Under the pieces are notes generated by a model. That model saw nothing but the letters and a program-made list of their open reading frames with translations, did no database searches and was not told the DNA's origin. Source: Podospora anserina (lineage: Eukaryota). Taken from it: a stretch of DNA of 64,000 nt. How positions within the stretch are numbered: position 1 is the stretch's first letter; each line of letters begins with the position of its first letter. Both the position numbers and the translations under genes were made by a program. The stretch is taken from contig CM030333.1 of NCBI GenBank assembly GCA_017654855.1, positions 1,364,001-1,428,000 on the forward strand, read 5' to 3'. Shown piece by piece: positions 37,633-50,137 of this stretch.

Positions 37633-40600
37633 ATGAAGATTGCCTGTTTACAGTTTGCGCCTCAGGTCGGGGATGTCGACAACAACCTCAACCGGGCTGA
37701 TGCCGTACTGAACAAGGCGCGCACGGGGGATCTTGATGATTTGGACTTGCTTGTACTGCCGGAACTTGCCTTTACAGGTACGTTTATTGCAGATTATTTA
37801 CTCGGGGGGCGGAGAATGCTGATGGGCAAATCCAGGTTACAACTTCAAGTCGCTACAACACATCTCTCCCTGTTTGGAACGTCGTGACTCTGGAATCAGC
37901 TCTCTCTGGGCTCGAACTACCGCCCTGAAACACGATTGCGCCGTTGTAGTAGGGTATCCGGAGAAGGTGGACGTGAGCGCAAGATGGCCAGCGAACCCAG
38001 AGCACTACAACTCAGCTCTCATCGTAAACCGAGATGGCGATACTGTTGGCAACTACCGGAAGCTACACCTATTTTTTACCGATGAGACCTGGGCACTCCA
38101 AGGGCGGGATGGTTTCTTTCGGGGCAATGTCGAAGGCTTGGGGAACGTTGCTTTGGGTATTTGCACTGACATAAAGTAAGCCTGCTGTCTTTAGTGAGTT
38201 CTCCCTAGACATTTCTAACAATGTCTAGTCCATACGAGTTGGAAACACCATGGGAAGCTTTCGAATTCGGATTTCACGTCATGGAAGCACACGCAAATGT
38301 GGTCATAATCAGCATGGCCTGGCAATCTCAACAGGATCCCGGCCAATACACCCGTCGGCCTCACGAGCCGGATCTCGAGGCCCTGGTGTACTGGGTTCAG
38401 CGTCTTGAGCCTCTGATCCGGGAGGATAGTGAGGAGGAGATTATCGTCGTCTTTTGCAACCGGACTGGTGCTGAAGACGATGTGATGTACTCGGGAACAA
38501 GTGCCGTCTTGGGCATCAGAGGAGGGGAAGTTTACGTGTATGGGGTCCTCGGACGTGGAGTGAAGGAGTTACTTGTGGTCGACACGGACCAGCCTCCACT
38601 CAGCAAGTTGACCGATGCCTCAGGGGTCGAGGCCGAGAATCCTTACGCCGAGGAAACCGACGTCGAGACTGAGCCCATCAAGCGCCGTGCGCAGGCCCTC
38701 GAGATCCAGATACCGGCCAAGGAGACGCCCAAAGAGCCACCAACATCGCATCCGATCAGCAGTCGCATAGAGGCTGTGTCAGCAACCCCCAAGTCTGCAT
38801 CTTCTGCTCGGTTACCCTGGCTTGCACCAGCTGAGCCTGATGCCCAGAGTCCCGGCAACCCCCGATCACCTACTCGACTGCAGATACCTGTAACACCAGT
38901 GCGACCGAGTGCGGAAGAATTCACTCTCATCGACAGCGCCATTGCCGAAGACATTGCCATTCCCACAGCAAGATCATCGCGGACTCCAAGCCCGGACCTG
39001 AAGGCAGCATCGCGTCCCTCGAGGCTATCAATACCAACGACCCCGTGGAAGTTTCGAGACAAGGCCAGCCCTTACCCATGGCAATACCGAGATGGGTCGC
39101 AGTCAGCTCTTTTTGGTGGGGGAGCTTGCATGACGCCAATAACACCGTTCGAAGTTGAGGAGGGCTGGTTGGGGACACCCATTGATGCTAAGCCACCAAA
39201 CTGGTACTGGAAGCACGATCACTCACTCTCCGCCGTCAAAGAGGCGATACAAGAGGAGGAAGAGGTGTCGCCGGGGAGCTCCTCAAAGCCAACCCAGAAG
39301 GTGGGAGGGCTTGAACCAGCAAAGACACAGCAAGACGCCTCTAAAGTCCGAGATGCCACACCGATCGACACAGAACCGCCAAATTGGTACTGGAAGCACG
39401 AGCCACAGTTGTCTTCTCTTGACGAGATACTCCACGAGGAAGCAGAAGGTGAACAAACCGAGACAGGAGAGAGCCCCAGACCGGAACAAGCCGCACCGTC
39501 AAAACCCACTAGTACCACCGTGGCAGAGGATGTCTGGGTAGCCACACCCATCGACAATGAAGTTCCAGATTGGTACTGGAAACACGAGCAAACGCTACCC
39601 TCCCTCAACGAAACAGCACAAGAGGAGCCTGAAGAGGACGAGCCAGAAGCAAAACAACAAGAATCATCCAGACCACGCCAAGTCTCAGCAGAAGACGTCT
39701 GGGTAGCAACCCCAATCGACAACGAGGTCCCAGACTGGTACTGGAAACACGAACAAACACTGCCCTCCCTTGACGAGACAGAAGACGACCCGCCACAGAA
39801 TGCCCCCCAACCAGCCACCATCACCACCACCACCACCACCCCAGCAGAAGAAGAAGAAGAAGAAGAAGAAGACCACACCCCCACCCCCATGGACGAAGAA
39901 CCCCCCGATTGGCACTGGAAACACGAACAGACCCTCCCTCCCCTCAACGAGGAACACCCATCCCCTTCCCACTCCCAAGACTGGGCAGACCTCTCCTCTG
40001 TGTTGACTAGTTTCAAGATACACCCAAAGTCAGTGTTGAGCAACTCCAGTGCTGCGCAGGATATTGGTGCGGAGAGGCCTAGCTCGCCCAAATCGCGGAA
40101 TGCGAGTCGGTCGAGGCAGATTTATAGCTCGATGGAGAATTATGATTGGGAGCAGGGGCAGCAGCAGGCGAGGGGGGGTGGTATGCAGGTCCTTGGTAGT
40201 GGTGGTGGTGGGGTGAGGAGGCAGTCGTCGCGGTTGAGGAATGTTGTGATGATAGGGGATGGTGTTTCTGATGTTGAGGACGAGGAAGAGCAAGCTCACG
40301 CCCGAGGGAGGGTTGGGTCCAGATACCGGAGTGTAAGCCGTGGTCGCCAACCTGGGCGGGTGAGGGGGGCAGGGATGGAGGTTGAGAGGTCGGGTTCGAG
40401 GCATAGGGTTTTGCTACAGCAGAACAGTCTACGAGATGGCATATCCCTACCGCGACAAAGTTGCCAAACTTTGCAAGACAAGCGGCCAGAACAGCAACAG
40501 GACGACAGTTATCGACAGCACAAACCAAGCATAGATTACGCCGCGCTGCCTAACTGGCCTTTTCCCCCTTCGCCGGAGGATATCATTAAACCGGCTGGGA

Positions 40601-40818
40601 CTTTGTCGAATCTGTCCGTGGTGACGGTGGACGATGATCACAGTCCGGAGACGCCCAAGATGATGGGGATGGGGATGGCGATTTCGCCGGTGGGGGAGGA
40701 GTATGAGGAGTTTGAGTATGGGTATCGTCATGGGGAGTGGGACGGTTGGGAGGGGAGTAAGAGGAGTTTGTTGAATGAGGAGTGGGAGGGGAGGAGGGGG
40801 AGGAGGGGGAGGGTTTGA
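37633..40818 (+). CDS. NTA1: Protein N-terminal amidase (nitrilase/carbon-nitrogen hydrolase fold) with long repeat-containing C-terminal extension; introns 37778-37835 and 38176-38228
   Basis: MKIACLQFAPQVGDV; catalytic triad E (LPELAFTGYNF), K (NYRKLHL) and C (GICTDINPY); also FCNRTG and YSGTSAV. Confidence 0.88.
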
Positions 40819-43154
40819 GGATGATTTATGAAATTATTTTTGAGGGGTTGATACCATGGGAGAGATAGCGCTGGATTTGTTTGCAGATTATGTAGCCTTG
40901 AAGTGTTTTAGCATCGAGTTTAGGTGATTTCGAGCTGTCTTTGCCAGAAATGTGAATTGTTTGAAGAACGTCCATTCATCCATCAAATTCTCCAGATCGA
41001 GATGCGACCACTGGTAAAAATGGCAAGTAAGGCAATGTCAAACTTGAGTTTCGACAACTATGTCCTTGATAGCAAATGCCGGCAAGGCTCTGCCCTTCAT
41101 CACGACAATACCACTTTTATAGTGCTTGTGCAACACCCAACAAAAAGCAAAGTCAGCATCATCTTGTTTATGTCACCCTCTCTCGGTTTGGCAAAAAAAA
41201 AGACAGCTCCAGACCACAGATAAGAAGGATCCAGTGGCGTGCCCTGGCCCCCTCCTTCAGCAACAGCGGGCCGAAAGAATGGGTGTGGTGGGCTGCAAAA
41301 AGGGGGTCTCTATGGCTTGCTATGTAGGTTGGCAAGCACATCATAGGTACATCGGATACCAACCAACCAGGTCTTATCATCAACGTGGGAGAAAGAGCGA
41401 TAAGTGTAAACAGCCAACCGCACCGAGGCCAAGTAATGTTCGGCAGTTTTTGAAGCAAGCAGCGTCCTGTGATCTTGTTGCATACAATACCTATCTGATC
41501 TTGAGCAGTTGTTGACAAACTAAGATCTTGTTTACTTGACCGCTGACATGAGGACTAAGTATCACCAAGGAAGGTCGAAACTGCCGAGATCTCTCAACAT
41601 TCTCACCTACCTAATGTACAGACCTTCACACTGCATTGTGCTGTAGTTATGGGAATGTGTTGTGTCGCTTTCAAGCGCCATCCCCTCATTTGTCTGATCT
41701 GTCTCATGACCGTCACCGTCACAGCCATCACACAGAAATCCAGCCTCGTTTTCCCCTGAAAAGAGCACAGACGGAAGTTCGGCAGCGAGAAGAAAAGGGG
41801 GGGGAAACCCGACAGTTTGGTTTTGCCGCTTTGATTGGGAATTTCCCCAAGGTGGTGCATGTTCTATTGGGCGGGATGGGGGGATTGGGGAGGGGGGAAC
41901 CAACAGATGGATAACCAAGGAAAATCAATCTATTTGACAGTGTGCGGTGGTTGATGCGCTGCATGCATGATGATGGAGCTGCGGATGATGAATGGCTTGC
42001 TTTGGTGGGGATGGGATAGGTACTGTAGGGAAAGGTGAGATGATGCACAAGAGGAGACGGAGACACAGATTGTCATTACCAGCACAACACAGCAGATGTC
42101 AGTTGATGTCATGTTGCTGGGCCCGAGAGATGCGCGGGCCCAAGAGATGCACGGGCCTGCCAGTGGGTGAATGGATGGCCAAGTGGATTGGTGGTGAAGT
42201 GCTCACCGGATTGAGAGAATGTGTGAGAGAGATGGTTGGGTTCTTGGGGGCCAAAGTTTATCAAGAGAGAACAACTTTCAGCTGGTTCCCTATCGGGAAA
42301 AGAGTGGGCCACGGGTAAAAGAGCGGTTTGCCAATCACGACGGGCGGGTTGGTTGAACTCGCAGGGGCCCTTGCATGGGCAGTGACCACTTCTGGGCTGT
42401 GAATGGTCAATGCTGCTGAGCACATGCATTGCTAGCGTGCGACCTTGGGACGGCACAGCGGCTTTGGCATTTCTGAGAGAGTGACGATCACTCTGTGAGC
42501 ATTTTCAAACGGTGCAAGACAACCCCCAATCACACCAACCATGGAGGTTGAACCCCCGCCCGCCACCATGGGCCACCCTTTTAATGCGTTGAACAGGACC
42601 CCGGAGGTGGTTGACGGCTGAGTCTGATGAGTGGGAGGTGTGTCCAGCTCGGTGGCTGCTGTCTGTGTTTGTGCTCTTGTTTCCCTTCACCAACAACAAT
42701 CCAAGTCTCGTCACTGTCACATCTGCAAAAGCACAAGCTTCCAGTCTCTTTTCCTCCAGGGACCCATCCAGACAAAAGTGCGCGCTTAACCTGACATCCC
42801 GAAGATCGAAGCGCGTTTCTCCTCTGTTTTACTCTATAATACCGTCATCGTGCCACCAGGAAAGAAGAGAGGCAGGTCGGAATGTCACACAGAAAATCTG
42901 GCCGGCAATAAACGTCTATTCTTCCCGTTCCTAGCTGCTGCTGCATCCTCCCCGCACAGCACCGCATAATACCCAGTACCCGAAAGGAATAACGAAGGAC
43001 GAAAGACGGCAGAACCCAGCGAGCGGTTCATTTCTGCAACTGCAACCAAACCACATAAACCACATAAACTCAGACGCCACGCATCACCACAGGTCAGAGA
43101 TCATCCTCACTGCTCCTCCAACCGTGCGCGTGGAGGAGGGCTACCAGAGGCAGG

Positions 43155-44823
43155 ATGCCGTCCACTGCTGCTCGCCTTGCCCTCGCGGCTCTGGTGACAG
43201 CAACGACCTCACCGCTGGCCGCCAACGCTCTGCTGGGCACACCTGGATCACCATGCGAGAAGCACTGCAGCAACCAGCAGGACCACACGGCGCGGGATGA
43301 GATTGTTTGTGATAGGGGCAGCATAGGGAAGACAGCGGCTGGGATAGTATGGGAGAACTGCATCAATTGTCAGCTGAGGAGCAACTACACATCTGGGACC
43401 ATGTCGGATCAGGCTGCTTTGCTTTGTACGTCTCCTCCGTTTTCCTTCTCACCAACATGCCTATATGGCAAGACTGATATTAACAAATCTTAGACAACCT
43501 TCGATTTGCCATGGACACCTGCCTATGGCATAGTGGCGACAGCACACCATGCACCGGATCGTAAGTCAACAACCCCCCTCCCCCCTAAGTGTGCCTGGGC
43601 TTTGCCCGGCAGCCACGCCGCAATCCTCCCGTATGCCTCCGTGCTGACAGCGCCTCAGGACAGCATGTGGTCCGCTGGAAGATGCCGTGGAGTTTCGCAG
43701 GAATGACACTTCCGGCCGAACCCCACACGGCTTCTGTGACCTATGGGAAGAGAACTTTATTCCTCGATGCTCACCATGCCTAGTTGGTGAACAGCGAGGT
43801 CGCGGCCTCTTCCTCAACAACTACCTCTGGATCCTCGAGGCTGCTTGCGAACAGAAACCAGATCCAGGATATACCATCGCCATCCAAGGCGAAGTCTTTG
43901 GTGAAAACACCGTCACCATCGTTCCACCAGAAACCACCCTCGTCGGCGTCCCAACACCAGATTATGGCCCTGTCTCCCTCGGCGCTAGGGTGGGCATCGC
44001 CTTTGGTGGCATTGCGCTTCTTCTTGTTCTGGCCGGCTTCTTCATTGTCTGCAATGGCAAGAGAAGAAGACGGGCTTTTTTAAGGGAGCTGGAAAAGCGC
44101 CACGCGCAAGCAAACCACAGGTATGGTGGCGGAGGAGGTGACATGTTTGAGACACCGGTTAGTCAGCGACCACTTAGGGGGTGGGAGAATGAGAGCCCTG
44201 TCTCTGCAGCCACCGAGGCGACGGAACGGACACTACCGCGATATATCTCGCCATACACGAGCACCTACAACAGCCCCGTTTCTGGACCAGGAGGGTCGGC
44301 GACGGTAGCGGCAAACTGGCCGTCGTTGTCACCACAGCAGATGCACAGCCAACGACTGGATCAATTATTACAGCAGCAGTCACCTGCGCACGGGTCCCCG
44401 CCACCGGCTTTTACACAATGGCCTTCGGTTGGGCAGGAGAAGATGGTTATGCAGACGTATACGCAGCACGAGAAGCGACAGAATGAGATTGCCATCGGGC
44501 TTGCGCTGGGAGGGGATGAGGCGAGCTTGAGGAGCAAGCCGTCGAATGGGACGATGAATAATGATCGGTATGGGTACCCGGTGGAGGACAAGGGGAAGCA
44601 GAGGGATGAGGTGTATGAGTTGAAGGAGGTGGAAAGTCCGTATAATGGGCAGGGTGGGGAGGGGATGGTGCATGGGAGTAATAATCCTTATTATCAGATG
44701 CCGAGCCCACCACAGGCACCGGTGCTGCACCACCCTGGTTATGGGAGAGCACATGGGAGTCGGCCTGGGTCAGGGGATAAGGGGGCGACAGGCTTGGGGT
44801 TGCAGAGTGTGCCTGTCTCATGA
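43155..44823 (+). CDS. Type I membrane protein with 12-Cys ectodomain (paralog A); introns 43426-43493 and 43561-43658
   Basis: Signal peptide, TPGSPC..HC, spliced LLY/NLRF, TACGPL, NYLWILEAACEQKP, TM segment VGIAFGGIALLLVLAGFFIVC and NGKRRRR. Confidence 0.85.
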
Positions 44824-45744
44824 TGGAGAGAGCGGGGGTGTTTTTGTTGGTTTTGGTTTTGAACTGCTTTGAGCTATAATACCCGCCCCCTGAGACGATA
44901 GGGTGCATTTGGAGTTGGGTTTTGAGATGACGGGTTTTTTGTTGGGGTCTTGGATAGTGTATAAGGTTGGATATGGGTATATATTTGCAAGAAAGGGGTC
45001 GGTACCTCTTCCCTGGGATGAGTAGACAGGAGATACTACCAGGTATTATGAAGGTGCTCCAGATGATGCTGTCTGTAGAGTTTAGCCACGATATTATCAC
45101 ATCACAGTTGCCACTTCTCAACCAAACTGCCCATCTTCATGCACCCACAGGATGTGATTAGACTGGTAGTCACACAGAGGTCTTCAGGGGGTGTCAAGAC
45201 AAGGCCATGCTCCAGATGCCGGATTCTGTTGTCGAGTCGCTGGCCAGTGTCTAACAACAGTGACAATTGATGGGCCCGAGCTTCTCTCAACACCGGATAT
45301 CTGCATATCTACTCACGATAACAGGGCTCGAAGCCACGCCATGCCTCATCAAGTTAGCGCACTCCCGCCAAGCCAGACAGTTCCCCACATTATCTTTTTT
45401 GGCCTTCGTAAGAAAAATTTTGGAGAGCTTCACTCTGAGCTGCTTGCTTTCTCTCGATCGCTTCATCTCGACCAACACCACGGTGGACAAATCGTGCGGC
45501 TCCTGAAGACCCTCCCTCTACCAGACAGCCGTCCGAATCGTGAGCCCTTTTATTCACGGACCACCCATATCACCACTGTTTTCTTTTTCTCAATTCACCT
45601 GTCCCCAAGTCGCAAATCCAGCGCGTCAAGAAAACAGATACCCGACTGACATTAGTCCCCGCTACTTCGTCACCAACAACAACAACCAAAACAACAACAA
45701 CACCGATCGCGAGTTGAATATATCGAATTGCGATATCATTTACG

Positions 45745-47298
45745 ATGTCCGTCTCCAAGGATGTCATCATGCCCTCGTCGGCTCCCGCTCCCCCTGTGAA
45801 CGACAATGAGCTCCCCCTCCTTCTGAAGGGCTACAACGACATGCTCGTCCGCACCAACCATTGGACTCCCATCCCCTATGGTTGTGCCCCCCACAAGCGC
45901 GATATCAAGTCCTACATCTCCAGCGGTGTCATCAACCTTGACAAGCCTTCCAACCCTTCCTCCCACGAGGTTGTCGCCTGGCTCAAGCGCATGCTTCGGT
46001 ACGTCGTGTGTAAAATCGAGAAGAGAGATGGTTGGAAAAAGCGGCTAATGGAAAATATGTTGTAGCGTTGAGAAGACTGGTCACTCCGGTACCCTTGATC
46101 CCAAGGTCACTGGCTGCTTGAGTAAGTTGGAGAAAAAAGCCCTGTGCGATTGGATCGGTGGGGGCAAAGTTACTAACATGGTGGGAAAACAGTTGTCTGC
46201 GTTGATCGCGCTACTCGTCTCGTCAAGGCCCAGCAGGGCGCTGGTAAGGAGTACGTTTGCGTGATCCGTCTCCACGACAAGGTCCCTGGTGGCGAGGCTG
46301 CCTTCGCTCAGGCCCTCGAGACCCTCACTGGTGCTCTTTTCCAGCGGCCCCCTCTTATTTCGGCCGTCAAGCGTCAGCTCCGTATCCGTACCATCCACGA
46401 GAGCAAGCTCATTGAGTTCGACAATGACCGCCACCTTGGTGTCTTCTGGGTGTCTTGCGAGGCCGGCACCTACATCCGTACTCTCTGCGTTCACCTTGGT
46501 CTTCTCCTCGGTGTTGGCGCTCACATGCAGGAGCTTCGCCGTGTCCGCTCCGGTGTCATGTCTGAGGACGATGGCAAGCTTGTCACGCTTCACGATGTTC
46601 TCGATGCCCAGTGGGCCTACGACAACGGCGGTGACGAAACCCTCCTTCGCAAGGTCATCCACCCCCTGGAGACTCTCTTGTGCACTTACAAGCGTCTCGT
46701 TGTTAAGGATACCGCTGTCAACGCCATCTGCTACGGTGCCAAGCTCACGTTGCCCGGTCTGTTGAGATACTCCAAGGACATTGATGTGCACGAGGAGGTT
46801 GTTCTCATCACCACCAAGGGTGAGGCTATTGCTATTGGTATTGCGCAGATGAGCACTGTCGAGATGTCGACCTGCGACCACGGCGTCGTCGCCAAGGTCA
46901 AGCGCTGCATCATGGAGCGCGACCTTTACCCCCGCCGCTGGGGTCTCGGCCCTACTGCCATTGAGAAGAAGAAGTTGAAGTCCGATGGCAAGCTTGACAA
47001 GTATGGCCGCGCCAATGAGAACACCCCCGCTGCCTGGAAGGCCAGCTACCAGGATTACTCTGAGTCCCAGCAGGGCGCTGAGGCTGCCACCCAGGAGGCT
47101 GCCGCCCCTCCCACCCCTGTCAAGGCTGCTGAGCCCGCTGCTGCTCCCGCCGCTTCCTCTCCTGTTAGGGAGGAGAAGGAAAAGAAGCGCAAGAGCAAGC
47201 ACGAGGGCGAGACCGCCGAGGAGAAGGCGGAGCGCAAGAAGGCCAAGAAGGAAAAGAAGGAGAAGAAGTCCAAGAAGGATGCTGAGGATAGCGAGTAA
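45745..47298 (+). CDS. CBF5: H/ACA snoRNP pseudouridine synthase Cbf5/dyskerin; introns 45999-46065 and 46122-46192
   Basis: [40 protein letters not shown] domain and KKE-rich tail. Confidence 0.97.
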
Positions 47299-47791
47299 TG
47301 GATTTTTGAGATGCTCTGATCTTCTTTTTTTCTCTGTCGGTTTGCACACACAACCTCTGGGCGTTTTTATTTGGGGGCTGGTCAAGGGGAAAATCGGAGG
47401 GCGTTTTGGGAGTTTTTGTCCTGTCTGATTATCATGGCATACAGCTTGTTGGGGTAGCACGTTATGCATTATACCTGGAGCTTTGCGAGTTTTGTGTCGG
47501 GGGTGGCGGTGGATGTCTATATAGCTGTATGTAGTAAGAATGGAGAGTTGTACGATATATTTTGGGTGTGATGGGAATGGTTGTGGCTTTGACATGAGTG
47601 ATTGTTTGTGGTGTCTTGACAGCATCTCCAACACCTTGAAGTTCTCAACTCCAAGCATAACCATGATTTTGTATGCTCCATGCTGAATATCTTCTTGGAG
47701 ATTTGCAGCCACATGATTTACGATTGTTGACTATGAATTGAGAATGGCTTCATATACTTTGAATGCGGCTTGACGGAACATCAAACAAACA

Positions 47792-47924
47792 GCGGGTTTA
47801 GCTCAGTTGGGAGAGCGTCAGACTGAAGTCAAAACTTCATTTGTATCGGTTAAAATGATATCCCGAGAAATTGGGTATCAGAAAGACAATCTGAAGGTCG
47901 TGTGTTCGATCCACACAAACCGCA
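47792..47924 (+). tRNA. tRNA-Phe(GAA) with 60-nt intron (47829-47888)
   Basis: Acceptor stem GCGGGTT/AAACCGC-A, D arm TAGCTCAGTTGGGAGAGC, anticodon GAA at 47825-47827, T arm GTGTGTTCGATCCACAC. Spliced length is 73 nt and T-runs follow. Confidence 0.95.
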
Positions 47925-49065
47925 CTGTTTTCCTTTTGGGCATTTTCACTTCCCAAGGCATGTTTGACTTTTTGTCTTTGGGAGGTCTTCAGTCTATATG
48001 TTGAGCTCTTTAGCTCAACATGTCAACTTCTGGCTCGGCAACTCTTACCTGCCCGCTGGGATTCGGAAAGAGAGGTCGGGGTTTCATCACGGCATCATGC
48101 CGATGGGTCTTTTTGACTTTGGAGGCGTCACAATACTCATGAGGCGTGAGCCGACCGAGCTGTGCAGTTGACGACGGGTGAGCTAGGTTGATTAGGGGGA
48201 GGGCAATGGTGTTGAGATCAGCACGAGCTATGGGGTTGTTAGTGGGTTTTTGGTGTAAAGTTTGGATCATGGGGGGGAGGGGGAGTGGTATTCTTGAGCT
48301 TGAGGGAAAGGTCATGAAAGTACTATGCTTTCCAGGCTTACAGAGGCTTGATGGCATTTTTTCCAGTGAAGAGGGATTTTCACTGAGCACTGAAGATCCT
48401 GCACAATCGATTGGGCGACTACGACACGACAGACGCTTCCTCATCTCAACCGTCCCCATCTGTGCGGTTGCCGAAGAGTACAGCTTCTCACTTTGGTAAG
48501 TTGCAGCTCCCTAGCGCGCATATACGCAATCCCCAATACGATTTCGGACAGTAGATACAGTCCAGATTGGGCAAGCAAACAGAAGAAGAACAATGGAAGT
48601 TCTTGTCCTTCTGAAAGGACTTTGATCTTATCAAGATACCTTACCTACTTTTCTGGCACCTGGCTTTTCTTGCTTTGACCTCCGATTCTGACTGACAATA
48701 ATCACAACCCCTTTCCAGCCTCTTTTTTTTTTTTTTTTTTTCTTGACACAGGCATCAAGTGACAAAGACCCTCTGTGCGGCCGCGCAGATTTTTACGAGA
48801 GGATAGGGAGAGGGTTTTGTGATGATGTCAATCTTTTGAGAATTTCTCTCTTGTTTCTTGAAACTTTTGGATATTGTTTTCTTTCCTCGCTGTCGGCTTC
48901 TGACGATCTTGTCTGATTGCTAGGCCTCCTCTATCGGGAGAGCTGAGAGACGGCTGCTCTGCTTGAACTATAGCCAGCCATCAACCGGTTTGGGTCCGAA
49001 CTCAACCCTTTTTCGCCACACACCTCTTTTATTAGGTTTCTAGAGGGTAAACAAACAAGAGCATC

Positions 49066-50137
49066 ATGCTCCCCACGCTCGTTACCCTCCTCCTCCTCCT
49101 CCACCTCTCGCTTCTCCCCCTCGTCACCGCGACCGCATCCCCGTTATTAAACCGTGATTTTCCCGTAAGTTGAACCCCCTTCCCCTTAAACCCCCTGTTC
49201 TTCTATAGGTAGGTAGACCATCCTAACCCCCTCCTAGGACCCCTCCATCCTCCACGACTCCTCAGGAACCTACTACGCCTTCGCCACCTCCCTCCTCACC
49301 GGCCCCTCCCCAAAAAACATCCAAGTCGCCTCCGCCCCTTCCCCGTTGGGACCGTGGACCTACCTCGACATCGACCCCCTCCCCAACCCGGGCTCCTGGA
49401 CCTCGGGCCCCGGCTCTTTGACCTGGGCCCCCTCGGTGGTCCGGCTATCAGACAACTCCTACGTGATGTACTACTCTGGCCAGCTCTCCGGCAACAACAG
49501 CGCATACCACTGCATCGGCGCCGCCAAGTCAACCTCCTCCGTCACAGGTCCGTACACACCCCTATCCCAGCCAATCGCTTGTCCCCTTTCCCAAGGCGGG
49601 GCGATCGACCCGGCCGGGTTCCTGGACCCCTTGACAGGGAAACGGTATCTGGTTTACAAGGTTGATGGGAACTCCCTCGGGAATGGGGGTTCGTGTGGGA
49701 ACAGTGTTGCTCCTCAGGTTCCGACCCCGATAGTACTGCAGCCGGTGGCGGATGATGGGATCACTTTCGTTGGGGAGAGGGTCACGATACTGGATCGGAC
49801 GGAGGAGGATGGGCCGTTGGTGGAGGCGCCGGATTTGTGGTTTGACTGGGGGACGGGGACGTATGTGCTTTTTTATAGTAATCATTGTTGGAGCGAGGAG
49901 GGGTACTCGGTGAATTATGCCACGAGCGGGGAGGTAACGGGGGTGTACAAGAGGGCGAGTAAGGGGAGTTTGGTTGCTACGGGGGATGGGTTGGGGGTTG
50001 TCGCGCCGGGGGGCGCGAGCGCGGTGGGGACGGTGGATGGGGACGGTGGGGGGAACAGGACGAGTATTGTTTTTCATGGGAACTGTGGGGAGGGGAGGTG
50101 TTTGTTCGGGGTTGATGTTAGTATCGGGCTTTCGTGA
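49066..50137 (+). CDS. Secreted glycoside hydrolase family 43 (arabinanase/xylosidase-like); intron 49165-49237
   Basis: Signal peptide, DFP/DPSI (catalytic base), TWAPSV, CIGAA, GAIDP, VYKVDGN, LVEAP (catalytic acid) and APGG. Confidence 0.9.

Noticed and set aside
39166..39951. WHWK/WYWK repeats as a pheromone precursor
   Set aside because: No signal peptide and no KR sites flanking the repeats; they are fused to a cytosolic amidase.
46081..47712. 543-aa minus-strand ORF
   Set aside because: Antisense shadow of CBF5 that runs through an intron and the UTR.
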